Source of the DNA: Anaerohalosphaeraceae bacterium
GTDB taxonomy: Bacteria; Planctomycetota; Phycisphaerae; Sedimentisphaerales; Anaerohalosphaeraceae
Assembly (NCBI GenBank): GCA_963675525.2
Contig: CAXXSL010000016.1
Span: 864,001-928,000, forward strand
Reading direction: 5' to 3'
Length of the DNA: 64,000 nucleotides
The notes under the pieces are model-generated. The model saw nothing but the letters and a program-made list of their open reading frames with translations, was not told the origin of the DNA and searched no databases. Below, piece after piece: positions 18,807-27,492 of this stretch. The number at the start of each line of letters is the position of its first letter. Position 1 is the first letter of the stretch. The position numbers were made by a program, and so were the translations under genes.

Positions 18807-21380
18807 TTGGGGTTAAAAGGAATGTGTATGGTCATTACAGGCAGAAATCGGTCATTGTACGGCGTCATTTTTTGGATTTATGTGTTCATCGGCACCGTCG
18901 CCGTTGCTGGCGGCACACAAGCCGATTATGACCGTGCCAAAAAACTAAACGCGCGGTTCCAAAATAAAGTTTACCGCAAGCAGATCGAGCCGCACTGGTT
19001 TGATGGCAATACCAAATTCTGGTATCAGGTGCAAACGGGTCCAGCCTCGTACGAATGTATTTTGGCTGATGCCGATGCGGGTACGCGCAAGCCGGCCTTC
19101 GATCATGCCCGTCTGGCAGAAGCACTGACGCAGGCAGGCGTTGAAGAAATCAACTCTAACCAACTGCCGCTGGAAAAGTTGGAGTTTAACCCAACTAAAA
19201 ATACCTTACAGTTTCAGACGGGCGGAAAGGTGTGGCAGTGTGACCTGGAAATCTATAAATTAGAGGTCATCTCCGAGGCACAGGAAGAATCCCTTCCGGC
19301 CTACCGTGTCGGCAGGAGGCCGCCGTCCAGTCGGCGAACGGGTGAACCGACGATCATCACATTTATCAATCGTACAGACGAACAAGTGGAATTGATCTGG
19401 CTCAGTACCGGCGGGGGACAGGTCAGTTATGGTACACTGGGCCGGGGCCAACAGCGCGAGCAGAATACCTACGACGGACACCTGTGGCTGATTGCCGATG
19501 CCAATGAAGTGGCGATTTGTTTTTATCGAGCGATCGATAAAAAGGCCAAAGCGGTGATCGGGGCCCAAGAGCCTCAGCCGTTTAATCCGCGCCGCGGGTT
19601 CAACTCGCGCAGGCCCCAGACCGACCGGCGGCCGAACGGACTTTCGCCGGATGGTGTATACCGGGCATTTGTCCGGGACAATAATGTCGGGCTGCGCGAA
19701 GAAAACAGCGGCAAGGAAACGATGCTGACACAGGACGGCAGCGCCGAGAATGGTTATATCGAAGAATTTTACTGGTCACCGGATTCAAAAAAGCTGGCGT
19801 CCATTCGACGAAAAAAAGGACAGGAGCATCCCGTCTATTTTGTTGAATCATCACCGGCCGACCAGATTGAGCCGAAGCTGCATTCGTTTAATTATCGAAA
19901 GCCCGGTGACAAGGTCGATATTGACCGGCCGTGTCTGTTTGATGTCGAAACACAAATACAGATTCCCGTCAGTGATGAACTGTTTGCCAACCCGTATAAT
20001 GTGTTTGATTATCACTGGTCGCCCGAATCGAGGCGCTTTACCTTTACGTATAATCAACGCGGCCACCAAATCCTGCGGGTGGTGGCTGTTGATCTGAACA
20101 ACGGAGCGGCTAAATCGGTCATCGAGGAAACCAGCGAGAAATTTATCTGTTATTCGAGCAAGTATTACTGTGAATATCTGGACGAGACGGATGAGATTGT
20201 CTGGATGTCCGAACGTGACGGCTGGAATCACCTGTATCTGTACGATGGCAAGACCGGTACCGTGAAGAATCAGATCACGAAAGGCCCGTGGGTGGTTCGC
20301 CAGGTTGACCGGGTTGATTCCGACCGACGGCAGATCTGGTTTCAGGCTTCCGGTATCTATCCGGAGCAGGACCCATACTATATTCATTATGCCAAAATGA
20401 ATTTAGACGGCTCCGGCCTGACGCTGCTGACCGACGGCGACGGGACACACACGGTGCAGTTTTCGCCGGATCACCGCTTTCTGGTGGATACATACTCCCG
20501 CGTGGATATGCCGCCTGTCCATGAACTGCGCCGCAGCGACAATGGCAAAAAGATTTGTGAACTGGAGCGGGCCGATTGGAGTAATTTGTTAGATGCCGGC
20601 TGGCAGGTGCCGCAGCGCTTTGTTGCCAAAGGACGCGACGGGAAGACGGATATTTACGGTATTATGATTCGCCCGACGACATTTGACCCGAATCAGTCGT
20701 ACCCGGTGATTGAGGATATTTATGCCGGGCCGCACGACTCATTTGTTCCGAAAGATTTTAACACCTCCTATGGGATGCAGAAAATCGCCGAGCTGGGTTT
20801 TATTGCAGTTAAGATTGACGGCATGGGCACCTCGAACCGTTCCAAGGCGTTTCATGATGTCTGCTGGAAGAACCTGGCGGACGCTGGATTACCCGACCGT
20901 ATCTTGTGGATGAAAGCGGCGGCGAAAAAATACCCGTACATGGATTTGTCACGCGTGGGGGTTTACGGACCATCAGCAGGCGGACAAAGCGCCGCCGCGG
21001 CGGTCCTGACGCATGGTGATTTCTATAAAGTTGCGGTCGCCGATTGCGGTTGTCATGATAACCGCATGGACAAGATTTGGTGGAACGAACAGTGGATGGG
21101 TTGGCCCGTCGGCCCGGAGTATGCGGCCAATTCCAATGTGACGCTGGCGAAGAATCTGACAGGCAAGCTGTTGTTGATGGTCGGCGAAATGGATCGCAAC
21201 GTGGACCCGGCCTCCACGATGCAGGTGGTCAACGCACTGATCAAAGCAGACAAAGATTTCGACTTATTGGTGGTGCCCGGCGCCGGGCACGGTGTGGCAG
21301 GGGGTCAATATGCCGCCCGCCGACAGGCCGACTACTTCGTCCGGCACCTGCTGGGTGTCGAACCGCGAAGCAAACCGTGA
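18807..21380 (+). CDS. Secreted S9B dipeptidyl-peptidase IV-like protein with inserted VHL-like beta domain (start may be 18822 or 18828)
   Basis: DPP IV propeller (WSPDS, SERDGWNHLY) and catalytic triad GPSAGG / GEMDRNVD / GAGHG. The insert is ITFINRT..LIW..Y..NTYDGHLW. Confidence 0.9.
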   Translation: MGLKGMCMVITGRNRSLYGVIFWIYVFIGTVAVAGGTQADYDRAKKLNARFQNKVYRKQIEPHWFDGNTKFWYQVQTGPASYECILADADAGTRKPAFDHARLAEALTQAGVEEINSNQLPLEKLEFNPTKNTLQFQTGGKVWQCDLEIYKLEVISEAQEESLPAYRVGRRPPSSRRTGEPTIITFINRTDEQVELIWLSTGGGQVSYGTLGRGQQREQNTYDGHLWLIADANEVAICFYRAIDKKAKAVIGAQEPQPFNPRRGFNSRRPQTDRRPNGLSPDGVYRAFVRDNNVGLREENSGKETMLTQDGSAENGYIEEFYWSPDSKKLASIRRKKGQEHPVYFVESSPADQIEPKLHSFNYRKPGDKVDIDRPCLFDVETQIQIPVSDELFANPYNVFDYHWSPESRRFTFTYNQRGHQILRVVAVDLNNGAAKSVIEETSEKFICYSSKYYCEYLDETDEIVWMSERDGWNHLYLYDGKTGTVKNQITKGPWVVRQVDRVDSDRRQIWFQASGIYPEQDPYYIHYAKMNLDGSGLTLLTDGDGTHTVQFSPDHRFLVDTYSRVDMPPVHELRRSDNGKKICELERADWSNLLDAGWQVPQRFVAKGRDGKTDIYGIMIRPTTFDPNQSYPVIEDIYAGPHDSFVPKDFNTSYGMQKIAELGFIAVKIDGMGTSNRSKAFHDVCWKNLADAGLPDRILWMKAAAKKYPYMDLSRVGVYGPSAGGQSAAAAVLTHGDFYKVAVADCGCHDNRMDKIWWNEQWMGWPVGPEYAANSNVTLAKNLTGKLLLMVGEMDRNVDPASTMQVVNALIKADKDFDLLVVPGAGHGVAGGQYAARRQADYFVRHLLGVEPRSKP

Positions 21381-21395
21381 CCGTTAAAATGGAAA

Positions 21396-21998
21396 TTACG
21401 GCGAGGTTGCAAAGTTTTTTCGCAGTGTTTCGGTGTCCAGTTTTTCGATAAATTTTGGCAGGCCCGAAAAGATTTCGTGAAAACCAAACGGGCCGTTGCG
21501 CATTTCGTCGATGGCTTTTTCGGTGTCCCAGCCCTCGATGACAACCCGGTAAATCGCCACCATTGTTCCGGTACGGTCGGCGCCATGCTGACAATGCACA
21601 AACACCGGCTGCTTATTCGGATTCGTAACGATCTTCAAAAAAGCTTCGATTTCGTCCTGCTCCGGGTCCCAGGCTTCCATGCGTATGTGCTCATAGGTCA
21701 GCGATGCGCCTTCCAACTCATCCCGGTCGGAGTGAAGTGATCGCAAATTGACCACCGTTTTAATGCCGAGCTTTTGAAGTTCCTTAAATCCTTCCGCCGT
21801 CGGCTGCTCACCTCGATACAGCGTATCCGATACCTTATACAGATTTCCGCAGCCCGGCAGATCGATCTTTTCAGTCGGTGTAAACTGTGACGGGTCCCTT
21901 TGTTCTGCGGTTGACTGATTTGGGGTTTTATCGCAGCCGCAGAAGATTGGTAACACGATCAGAATAGACAGAACGCTTAGTCGGATCAGGTTTTTCAT
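21396..21998 (-). CDS. Lipoprotein dual-specificity/tyrosine phosphatase family
   Basis: HCQHGADRTG (CX5R) motif, LYRGEQP, lipobox FCGC. Confidence 0.9.
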   Translation of the reverse strand: MKNLIRLSVLSILIVLPIFCGCDKTPNQSTAEQRDPSQFTPTEKIDLPGCGNLYKVSDTLYRGEQPTAEGFKELQKLGIKTVVNLRSLHSDRDELEGASLTYEHIRMEAWDPEQDEIEAFLKIVTNPNKQPVFVHCQHGADRTGTMVAIYRVVIEGWDTEKAIDEMRNGPFGFHEIFSGLPKFIEKLDTETLRKNFATSP

Positions 21999-22066
21999 GG
22001 CAACATCCTTTTTTTCAATCGACTACATTTATTTTTTAAGCAGCTCAAAAAAAGGCCGACTTTCCT

Positions 22067-23200
22067 TCAGGGAGATTTGAGTTTTTTTTCGCAGACGGCC
22101 AGGTTATCTAATCGATTGACGATATCCAGATGCTGCGTGCAGGCCATCTCACAGCGTCCGCACTGCACACAATCGGACGCATTAGCATGACGGTCGGCGA
22201 GGATGCCCCATTGCCGTTCAAAGCCCAGATCCCTGGTCATCTCGGCATCCGTTTTGCTGCGCAGCAGTTTGTTATTGTAAAACTGCATGAATGAAGCGAT
22301 GGGGATATCGACCGGGCAGCGTCCCATGCAGTATCCGCAGCCGGTACACAGCTTGTCCATGTTGTTGGAGACATGGTTGCGAATGCGCTCGACATCTTCG
22401 TCGCTGAACGGTTTGGCATGATTGGCGACCTTGCAGGCGGTGTCGATATGCTCTTTCGTCGTGAAGCCGTTCAGGGTGATCGTGATCTGCGGACAGCTAA
22501 TGCAGAAACGCAGGGCCGCTTCAGTGGGCGTTTCACCAACATCGGCCAAAAATGCCAGTGAAGATTCGTTTTGCGGTATAACGCCGCCGGCCAGGGGATT
22601 CATTGCGATAACCCCGAGACCCAGTTTGTGCGCCGCCTGTACACCGTCCCAGCGATAGAGAAAGTTCAGGATATTGACGCCCAGCAATACGCCTTCGAAT
22701 TCGTTTTTGCTGACCATCTCCTCGACTTCGGGCCCGCGCAGATGAGTCGAAACGACAATATGTTTGATCTTGCCCTGCTCTTTGCATTTAAGCAGGCCTT
22801 CGTATTGGCCCCCGGGTTTCATGGCTAATTCATATTCACTCCAGCGCCGAATGCACCAGACGTGATAGAAATCAATATACTCGGTGTTCAGCCGCCGGAG
22901 CGATTTTTCAACTTGTGCCTGTGCCTTTTCGGCCGTGTCGAAGTTTTCCGGCATACCCTTGGTCGAGACGTAAAATTGTTCGCGTTTGGCTGCCATCTGT
23001 TTGATCGCGACACCGAAAATGGCCTCGCTCTTATCGTCGCAGTACCCCGGCGCCGTGTCCAGATAGTTAATGCCTTTGTCGACCGCATACCGCAGCAGCT
23101 CAGCGTTGGTTTCGTTAGACTGTTTGGTATCGAACCGCATCCCGCCGAACCCGACGGCGCTGACATTAATTCCCGTTTTTCCGTATAGTTTGTAAATCAT
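22067..23200 (-). CDS. Aldo/keto reductase with C-terminal 4Fe-4S dicluster
   Basis: GFGGMR, YLDTAPGY, STK; CTGCGYCMGRCP and CVQCGRCEMAC. Confidence 0.93.
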   Translation of the reverse strand: MIYKLYGKTGINVSAVGFGGMRFDTKQSNETNAELLRYAVDKGINYLDTAPGYCDDKSEAIFGVAIKQMAAKREQFYVSTKGMPENFDTAEKAQAQVEKSLRRLNTEYIDFYHVWCIRRWSEYELAMKPGGQYEGLLKCKEQGKIKHIVVSTHLRGPEVEEMVSKNEFEGVLLGVNILNFLYRWDGVQAAHKLGLGVIAMNPLAGGVIPQNESSLAFLADVGETPTEAALRFCISCPQITITLNGFTTKEHIDTACKVANHAKPFSDEDVERIRNHVSNNMDKLCTGCGYCMGRCPVDIPIASFMQFYNNKLLRSKTDAEMTRDLGFERQWGILADRHANASDCVQCGRCEMACTQHLDIVNRLDNLAVCEKKLKSP

Positions 23201-23215
23201 AAAATCTCCAGATTA

Positions 23216-24703
23216 TTAATCCGCCGGTACGCAGCGGCCCTGCGCCCAGTCGTAAAGCTGCTGGACGTGCTCGGCCATTGTGACAGAAATCGGAGGCGAG
23301 GCTTGCGTACATTTAATCAACAGGTCCGTGTCCAGATCTGTGCCGCCTTCAAAGGCCTCATGCAGGGCACTGAGGACGGCCTGTTCGATCTCGGCGCCGC
23401 TGTAGCCGTCAGAGATTTCGGCGAGTTTGTCCAGGTCGAATTTTTCCGGATCCCGTTTGCGTTTGGTGAGATGAATTTTAAAGATAGCCTTGCGGGCTTC
23501 CGTTCCGGGGAGACGAACAAAGAAGATCTCATCAAAGCGTCCCTTTCGCAGCAATTCCGGCGGCAGTGCCTGAATGTCATTAGCCGTGGCGACCAGAAAG
23601 ACCGCCTCGCGGTGTTCCTGCATCCAGGTCAGCAGTGTGGCGAACATGCGTTTACTCAATCCCCCGTCCGTACTATGGGATGCTGCGGAGGCAAAGGCCT
23701 TTTCGATCTCGTCGATCCACAGAATCGCCGGGCTCATCGCCTCGATCTGCCGTAAGGCTTTTCGCAGGTTACGTTCCGATTCTCCGACGAAGCTGTTATA
23801 CAGCGTCCCGCAATCAAGACGGTACAACGGCTGCTGCCAGGCAGTCGCAATGGCTTTGGCGCACAGGCTCTTGCCGGCACCCTGTATGCCCAGGATCAGC
23901 ACACCCCGCGGAGGAATCAGTCCGAATTCCACCGCCCGGTCACTAAAGGCATCTTTTCGAAGCCCGAGCCATTTTTTCAGATTCGCCATGCCGCCGATTT
24001 CGTCCATGGTCAGCGGCGCCTCGACATAGTCCAGCAATCCGTCGGATTTTATCATCCTGCGTTTGCCGGCGATAATATTGTTTACATCGTGATCATCAAA
24101 TCGGTGATCGTGTGCGACCGCGTCCCAGATCAACTGTTTGGCCTGCCGCAGTGAAAGCCCGCGCAGATTGCGAACGATCGCGGCCAGTCCGCTTTTGGTA
24201 ATCCCTATCTCCAACGGCGTCATGTTGTGGATTTCCCGGAGGGTGTTTCGGATCAGTGTTTCCAACTCCGTTTCTGTCGGCAATGACAGCTCAAATGTGC
24301 GGACATAGGCCTTGATGACATCGGGCAGTTTGTCTTCGCTGTCCAGCAGTACCAGAACACTGCCATTGGCCCCGATGCGGTGGATTCCGTCGCGCAGGCC
24401 GCGCAGTGTGACGCCGGAACTGAGATGACGGGCCAGATCCAGCATCACATAAATAGTTCTGGTGGGCCCCAGCGAAAATTCCTTCAGAGCCTCTTCCGGC
24501 ACCTGGTGAATCGGCGCATCGGGGTAAATAGGAAAAAAACCGTCACGAATTCCCGTGCCAACCGACCATATCTGCATTTTCCACTCAAGCTTGGTTGCAC
24601 TGCGGCGGATCACCTCCAACGCCTCATGTTCCTCATGTGTGACGATGGAGATACACGGATAGCCGCCTTTGATCAGTTGTGTGAATTCACAAGCATCGTC
24701 CAT
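23216..24703 (-). CDS. Ycf46-like AAA+ ATPase
   Basis: Degenerate N-terminal AAA module, IGGMANLKKW, Walker A GIQGAGKS, Walker B WIDEIEK, LPPELLRKGRFDEIF. Confidence 0.9.
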   Translation of the reverse strand: MDDACEFTQLIKGGYPCISIVTHEEHEALEVIRRSATKLEWKMQIWSVGTGIRDGFFPIYPDAPIHQVPEEALKEFSLGPTRTIYVMLDLARHLSSGVTLRGLRDGIHRIGANGSVLVLLDSEDKLPDVIKAYVRTFELSLPTETELETLIRNTLREIHNMTPLEIGITKSGLAAIVRNLRGLSLRQAKQLIWDAVAHDHRFDDHDVNNIIAGKRRMIKSDGLLDYVEAPLTMDEIGGMANLKKWLGLRKDAFSDRAVEFGLIPPRGVLILGIQGAGKSLCAKAIATAWQQPLYRLDCGTLYNSFVGESERNLRKALRQIEAMSPAILWIDEIEKAFASAASHSTDGGLSKRMFATLLTWMQEHREAVFLVATANDIQALPPELLRKGRFDEIFFVRLPGTEARKAIFKIHLTKRKRDPEKFDLDKLAEISDGYSGAEIEQAVLSALHEAFEGGTDLDTDLLIKCTQASPPISVTMAEHVQQLYDWAQGRCVPAD

Positions 24704-24868
24704 AAACGTTTTTCTCCGTAAAATTCATTCAATTTCCTTTAAAAATACTGCAACCGGCTAAAAATATCAAATATCAATTCTGCAATCAGCTTCTTTTTGA
24801 TCAAATTGAACTTGAAAAGCTTTACGGCGTAGATTAAATAATAGAGTAGTTCTAACGATTGGTGAATC

Positions 24869-25498
24869 ATGAAAAACAGCTTAATAATCCTGTTAATGAC
24901 CGCGGCTGTGTTGCTGTTTGGCTGTGAAAAGGAGGAAACCTCAATGACAAATCAACCCCCCTCAATGACCCAGGACCAACTTAATACTTACCCGGCCGCA
25001 ACGTTTGCAGGGGGATGTTTTTGGGGCGTGGAGTATAATTTCCGAAAGGTTCCCGGTGTGCTCGATACAGCCGTCGGTTTCATGGGTGGTCGAACAGACA
25101 ACCCCTCCTATAAAGACGTCTGCTATACGGATACCAACCATGCCGAGGTCGTGCATCTGCGGTACGACCCGCAAAAAGTGACCTACGAGCAGTTGGTGAG
25201 GATTTTCTTTGTCATGCACGACCCGACGACGCTGAACCGCCAGGGGCCGGATGTCGGCGACCAGTACCGCTCGGCGATCTTTTATGATACGTCCGAGCAA
25301 AAGCAAACCGCTGAAAAGGTCAAGGCTCAACTTAATGCGTCAGGAAAATTTAAACGGCCCATCGTAACGGAGATCACCCCGGCGGACGAATTCTGGAAGG
25401 CCGAAGATTACCATCAGCGGTATATCGAAAAAAATCCACTCCGCTCCTGCCACGTCGTCGATTTCGACGAAATCAAAAAAATCCTGAATGACAAGTGA
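24869..25498 (+). CDS. msrA: Peptide-methionine (S)-S-oxide reductase, lipoprotein
   Basis: GGCFWG, HAEVV, RQGPDVGDQYRS, AEDYHQRY; lipobox LLFGC. Confidence 0.95.
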   Translation: MKNSLIILLMTAAVLLFGCEKEETSMTNQPPSMTQDQLNTYPAATFAGGCFWGVEYNFRKVPGVLDTAVGFMGGRTDNPSYKDVCYTDTNHAEVVHLRYDPQKVTYEQLVRIFFVMHDPTTLNRQGPDVGDQYRSAIFYDTSEQKQTAEKVKAQLNASGKFKRPIVTEITPADEFWKAEDYHQRYIEKNPLRSCHVVDFDEIKKILNDK

Positions 25499-25505
25499 TA
25501 AGGTT

Positions 25506-26051
25506 TTATTCTCCGGTTGCTTTGAACGTAGCGAGAATGCTGTTGATTATTTCCGCCGGAGTTTCGTTGTCTTTCAGACCCACAAATGCGATTTCCGGCC
25601 GTCTCCCGCTGCCGCCGCTACTCATACTACCGGTTCCCGGTGTATAGATTCCCAAACTTGAAATGTCCAGCATGCGCTCGACAATGTTTTGGCTCATTTC
25701 CACGTCGGTGATTTTGTGATAAGGGACGGAATGTTGAAGACGGCGTAAGATTCCCCCGCGGAAAATACAACGGCGATTGGTAATGGTATAACAATAAGTA
25801 CGCCGCAGATAGATACAATATACAAAAGCAGTGCCCATGATGAATAAGACGATTGTAATCCCTGCCGGGAGCCCAAAGGCCAGCAGTTTGCCCTTTGTAT
25901 CAGAGCCGATCTCCAATACGCCAACGATCGGGTAAAAAATCACAATTAGAAATCCGGCGCCGACAATGGTTCCCAGAAACGCCTTTAAAAACCAGATTAC
26001 CAGCAACTGGCGCCCAGGTCTCATTTCCAGCAGCACGTCTTCGTCTTCCAT
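25506..26051 (-). CDS. Membrane protein with bacterial PH domain (bPH_2/YdbS-like)
   Basis: Two TM helices, then YTITNRR..GIL..VPYHKITDV..SQNIVERML. Confidence 0.85.
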   Translation of the reverse strand: MEDEDVLLEMRPGRQLLVIWFLKAFLGTIVGAGFLIVIFYPIVGVLEIGSDTKGKLLAFGLPAGITIVLFIMGTAFVYCIYLRRTYCYTITNRRCIFRGGILRRLQHSVPYHKITDVEMSQNIVERMLDISSLGIYTPGTGSMSSGGSGRRPEIAFVGLKDNETPAEIINSILATFKATGE

Positions 26052-26071
26052 TAATTTCACGGCGTTCTCCT

Positions 26072-26719
26072 TTAATCGGTTTTTAGCTGTTTCCAAATCA
26101 CCAATGAATAAATCAATGTAATCAGCGCAACGGATAGGACAGGGGCCAGCACAAACACAATGGCGTATTTGGGGAAGGCGGCGCCGATGAGGATAATGAT
26201 GGCCGCAACGCGAAACAGAATCCCGCCGAGTTTATGTGTTTTCTGCCAGACGATCTCGTTGCTCAGTGTCCACGGGGTACGGATGCCGATGAACCAGTTG
26301 GGCTTGACGTGCGTCATGATGATGCCCAGGTAAAAAATCAGGCACCCTATCCCGATGGGCATAAAGACATTGGCAGGAATTTGAATGCCCAGGTTCCACA
26401 GAATCATCCAGCCGTGTATCGCCAGCAGGAACAGGTTGAGGATAATGATAAAGCCTGCATAATAGCTGAAAAATTTTTTGAAGTTTTTCCTGAGGGGGTC
26501 GATCAGCAGAATCACAAAAAATAAGAGGGCTTGAAAAATCATAATCGCCGGCATGAGCCATACACAGACGGATTTCGGCATCCAGCCGTCCACTTGTCCG
26601 CCGGGGCCCCAGTGCGAAGCCATGCAGTCGGGCAGTTTCGGATATGCCAGTAAACTAGTCACCACTGCTGCTAATACGATTATAAGAATAAAAAAAAGTG
26701 TTATTTTTCGATTCATCAT
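26072..26719 (-). CDS. SdpI/DUF1648-family immunity membrane protein
   Basis: HWGPGGQVDGW, PNWFIGIRTPWTL, VWQKTHKLGG signatures. Confidence 0.92.
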   Translation of the reverse strand: MMNRKITLFFILIIVLAAVVTSLLAYPKLPDCMASHWGPGGQVDGWMPKSVCVWLMPAIMIFQALLFFVILLIDPLRKNFKKFFSYYAGFIIILNLFLLAIHGWMILWNLGIQIPANVFMPIGIGCLIFYLGIIMTHVKPNWFIGIRTPWTLSNEIVWQKTHKLGGILFRVAAIIILIGAAFPKYAIVFVLAPVLSVALITLIYSLVIWKQLKTD

Positions 26720-27489
26720 TGTCCCACTTTCTTTAAGACGTAGTATTTTGGCTTCTGTCCGCGTTCCGTCACATCACCGCTGATCCATTCCATAAACAGG
26801 TAGTCATTCTCGTTGATCCGTTTGATGCTGAAATGTGCCGGATACTCCGAGTCATAATCCACGGTATTGCCGCGCCATTGCGTTTTTTGTCGATTTTCTT
26901 CGAAAATTTGCCATACTGTTCCGGTCTTTAGAAAAGCCAGCCCCCGCAGAAACGGCTCCATTGTTATGCTTTTATGTTTCGGGTCGAACTGTTCAATGGT
27001 CTCGACGAAGTCCACTGTTTTCCATCGTCCGACCGGGTTGGTATTGACCTCATCTGGGAGGTTTGCTTTGGTGCAGACATAATAACAGGGTTTACGGTCA
27101 AGAATTATTACGTCATCGGATATCCACTCAACAAAAAGGCAGGGTTGCCCGCCAAGGAATTTTAAACTGTATGCGGCCGGTCGCTCCAGCGAGGATGTTA
27201 TTGTCTTGTCGTCCCATTGCGCTTCGCAACTGTAATCATTGCTAAATTTCCATACAGCCGTACCACCGTTTTTCAGTTGAATGCTTTTTAGAAAAAGCAT
27301 TTCCTGCGGGATTTTCCGTTCCGCGGTAAAATCGTCAATTTTTTCAACATACCCGATACAGACCCATTCGCCGGCCATATCGGTGATTGTGTTGGCGTCA
27401 GCAGGTCTTTCCGTGTTTTGTGTTGCAAATAAGCAGCCGATTAAAATTTGAAAAAGAAAAGTTAAAATGAAATTAAAATTTGATTTCAT
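26716..27489 (-). CDS. Secreted protein with two copies of an unnamed ~110-aa GxW..DFV..EW.SGD..YYV domain
   Basis: Signal peptide; internal duplication shared with the upstream gene. Confidence 0.7.
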   Translation of the reverse strand: MKSNFNFILTFLFQILIGCLFATQNTERPADANTITDMAGEWVCIGYVEKIDDFTAERKIPQEMLFLKSIQLKNGGTAVWKFSNDYSCEAQWDDKTITSSLERPAAYSLKFLGGQPCLFVEWISDDVIILDRKPCYYVCTKANLPDEVNTNPVGRWKTVDFVETIEQFDPKHKSITMEPFLRGLAFLKTGTVWQIFEENRQKTQWRGNTVDYDSEYPAHFSIKRINENDYLFMEWISGDVTERGQKPKYYVLKKVGQ

Positions 27490-27492
27490 AAC

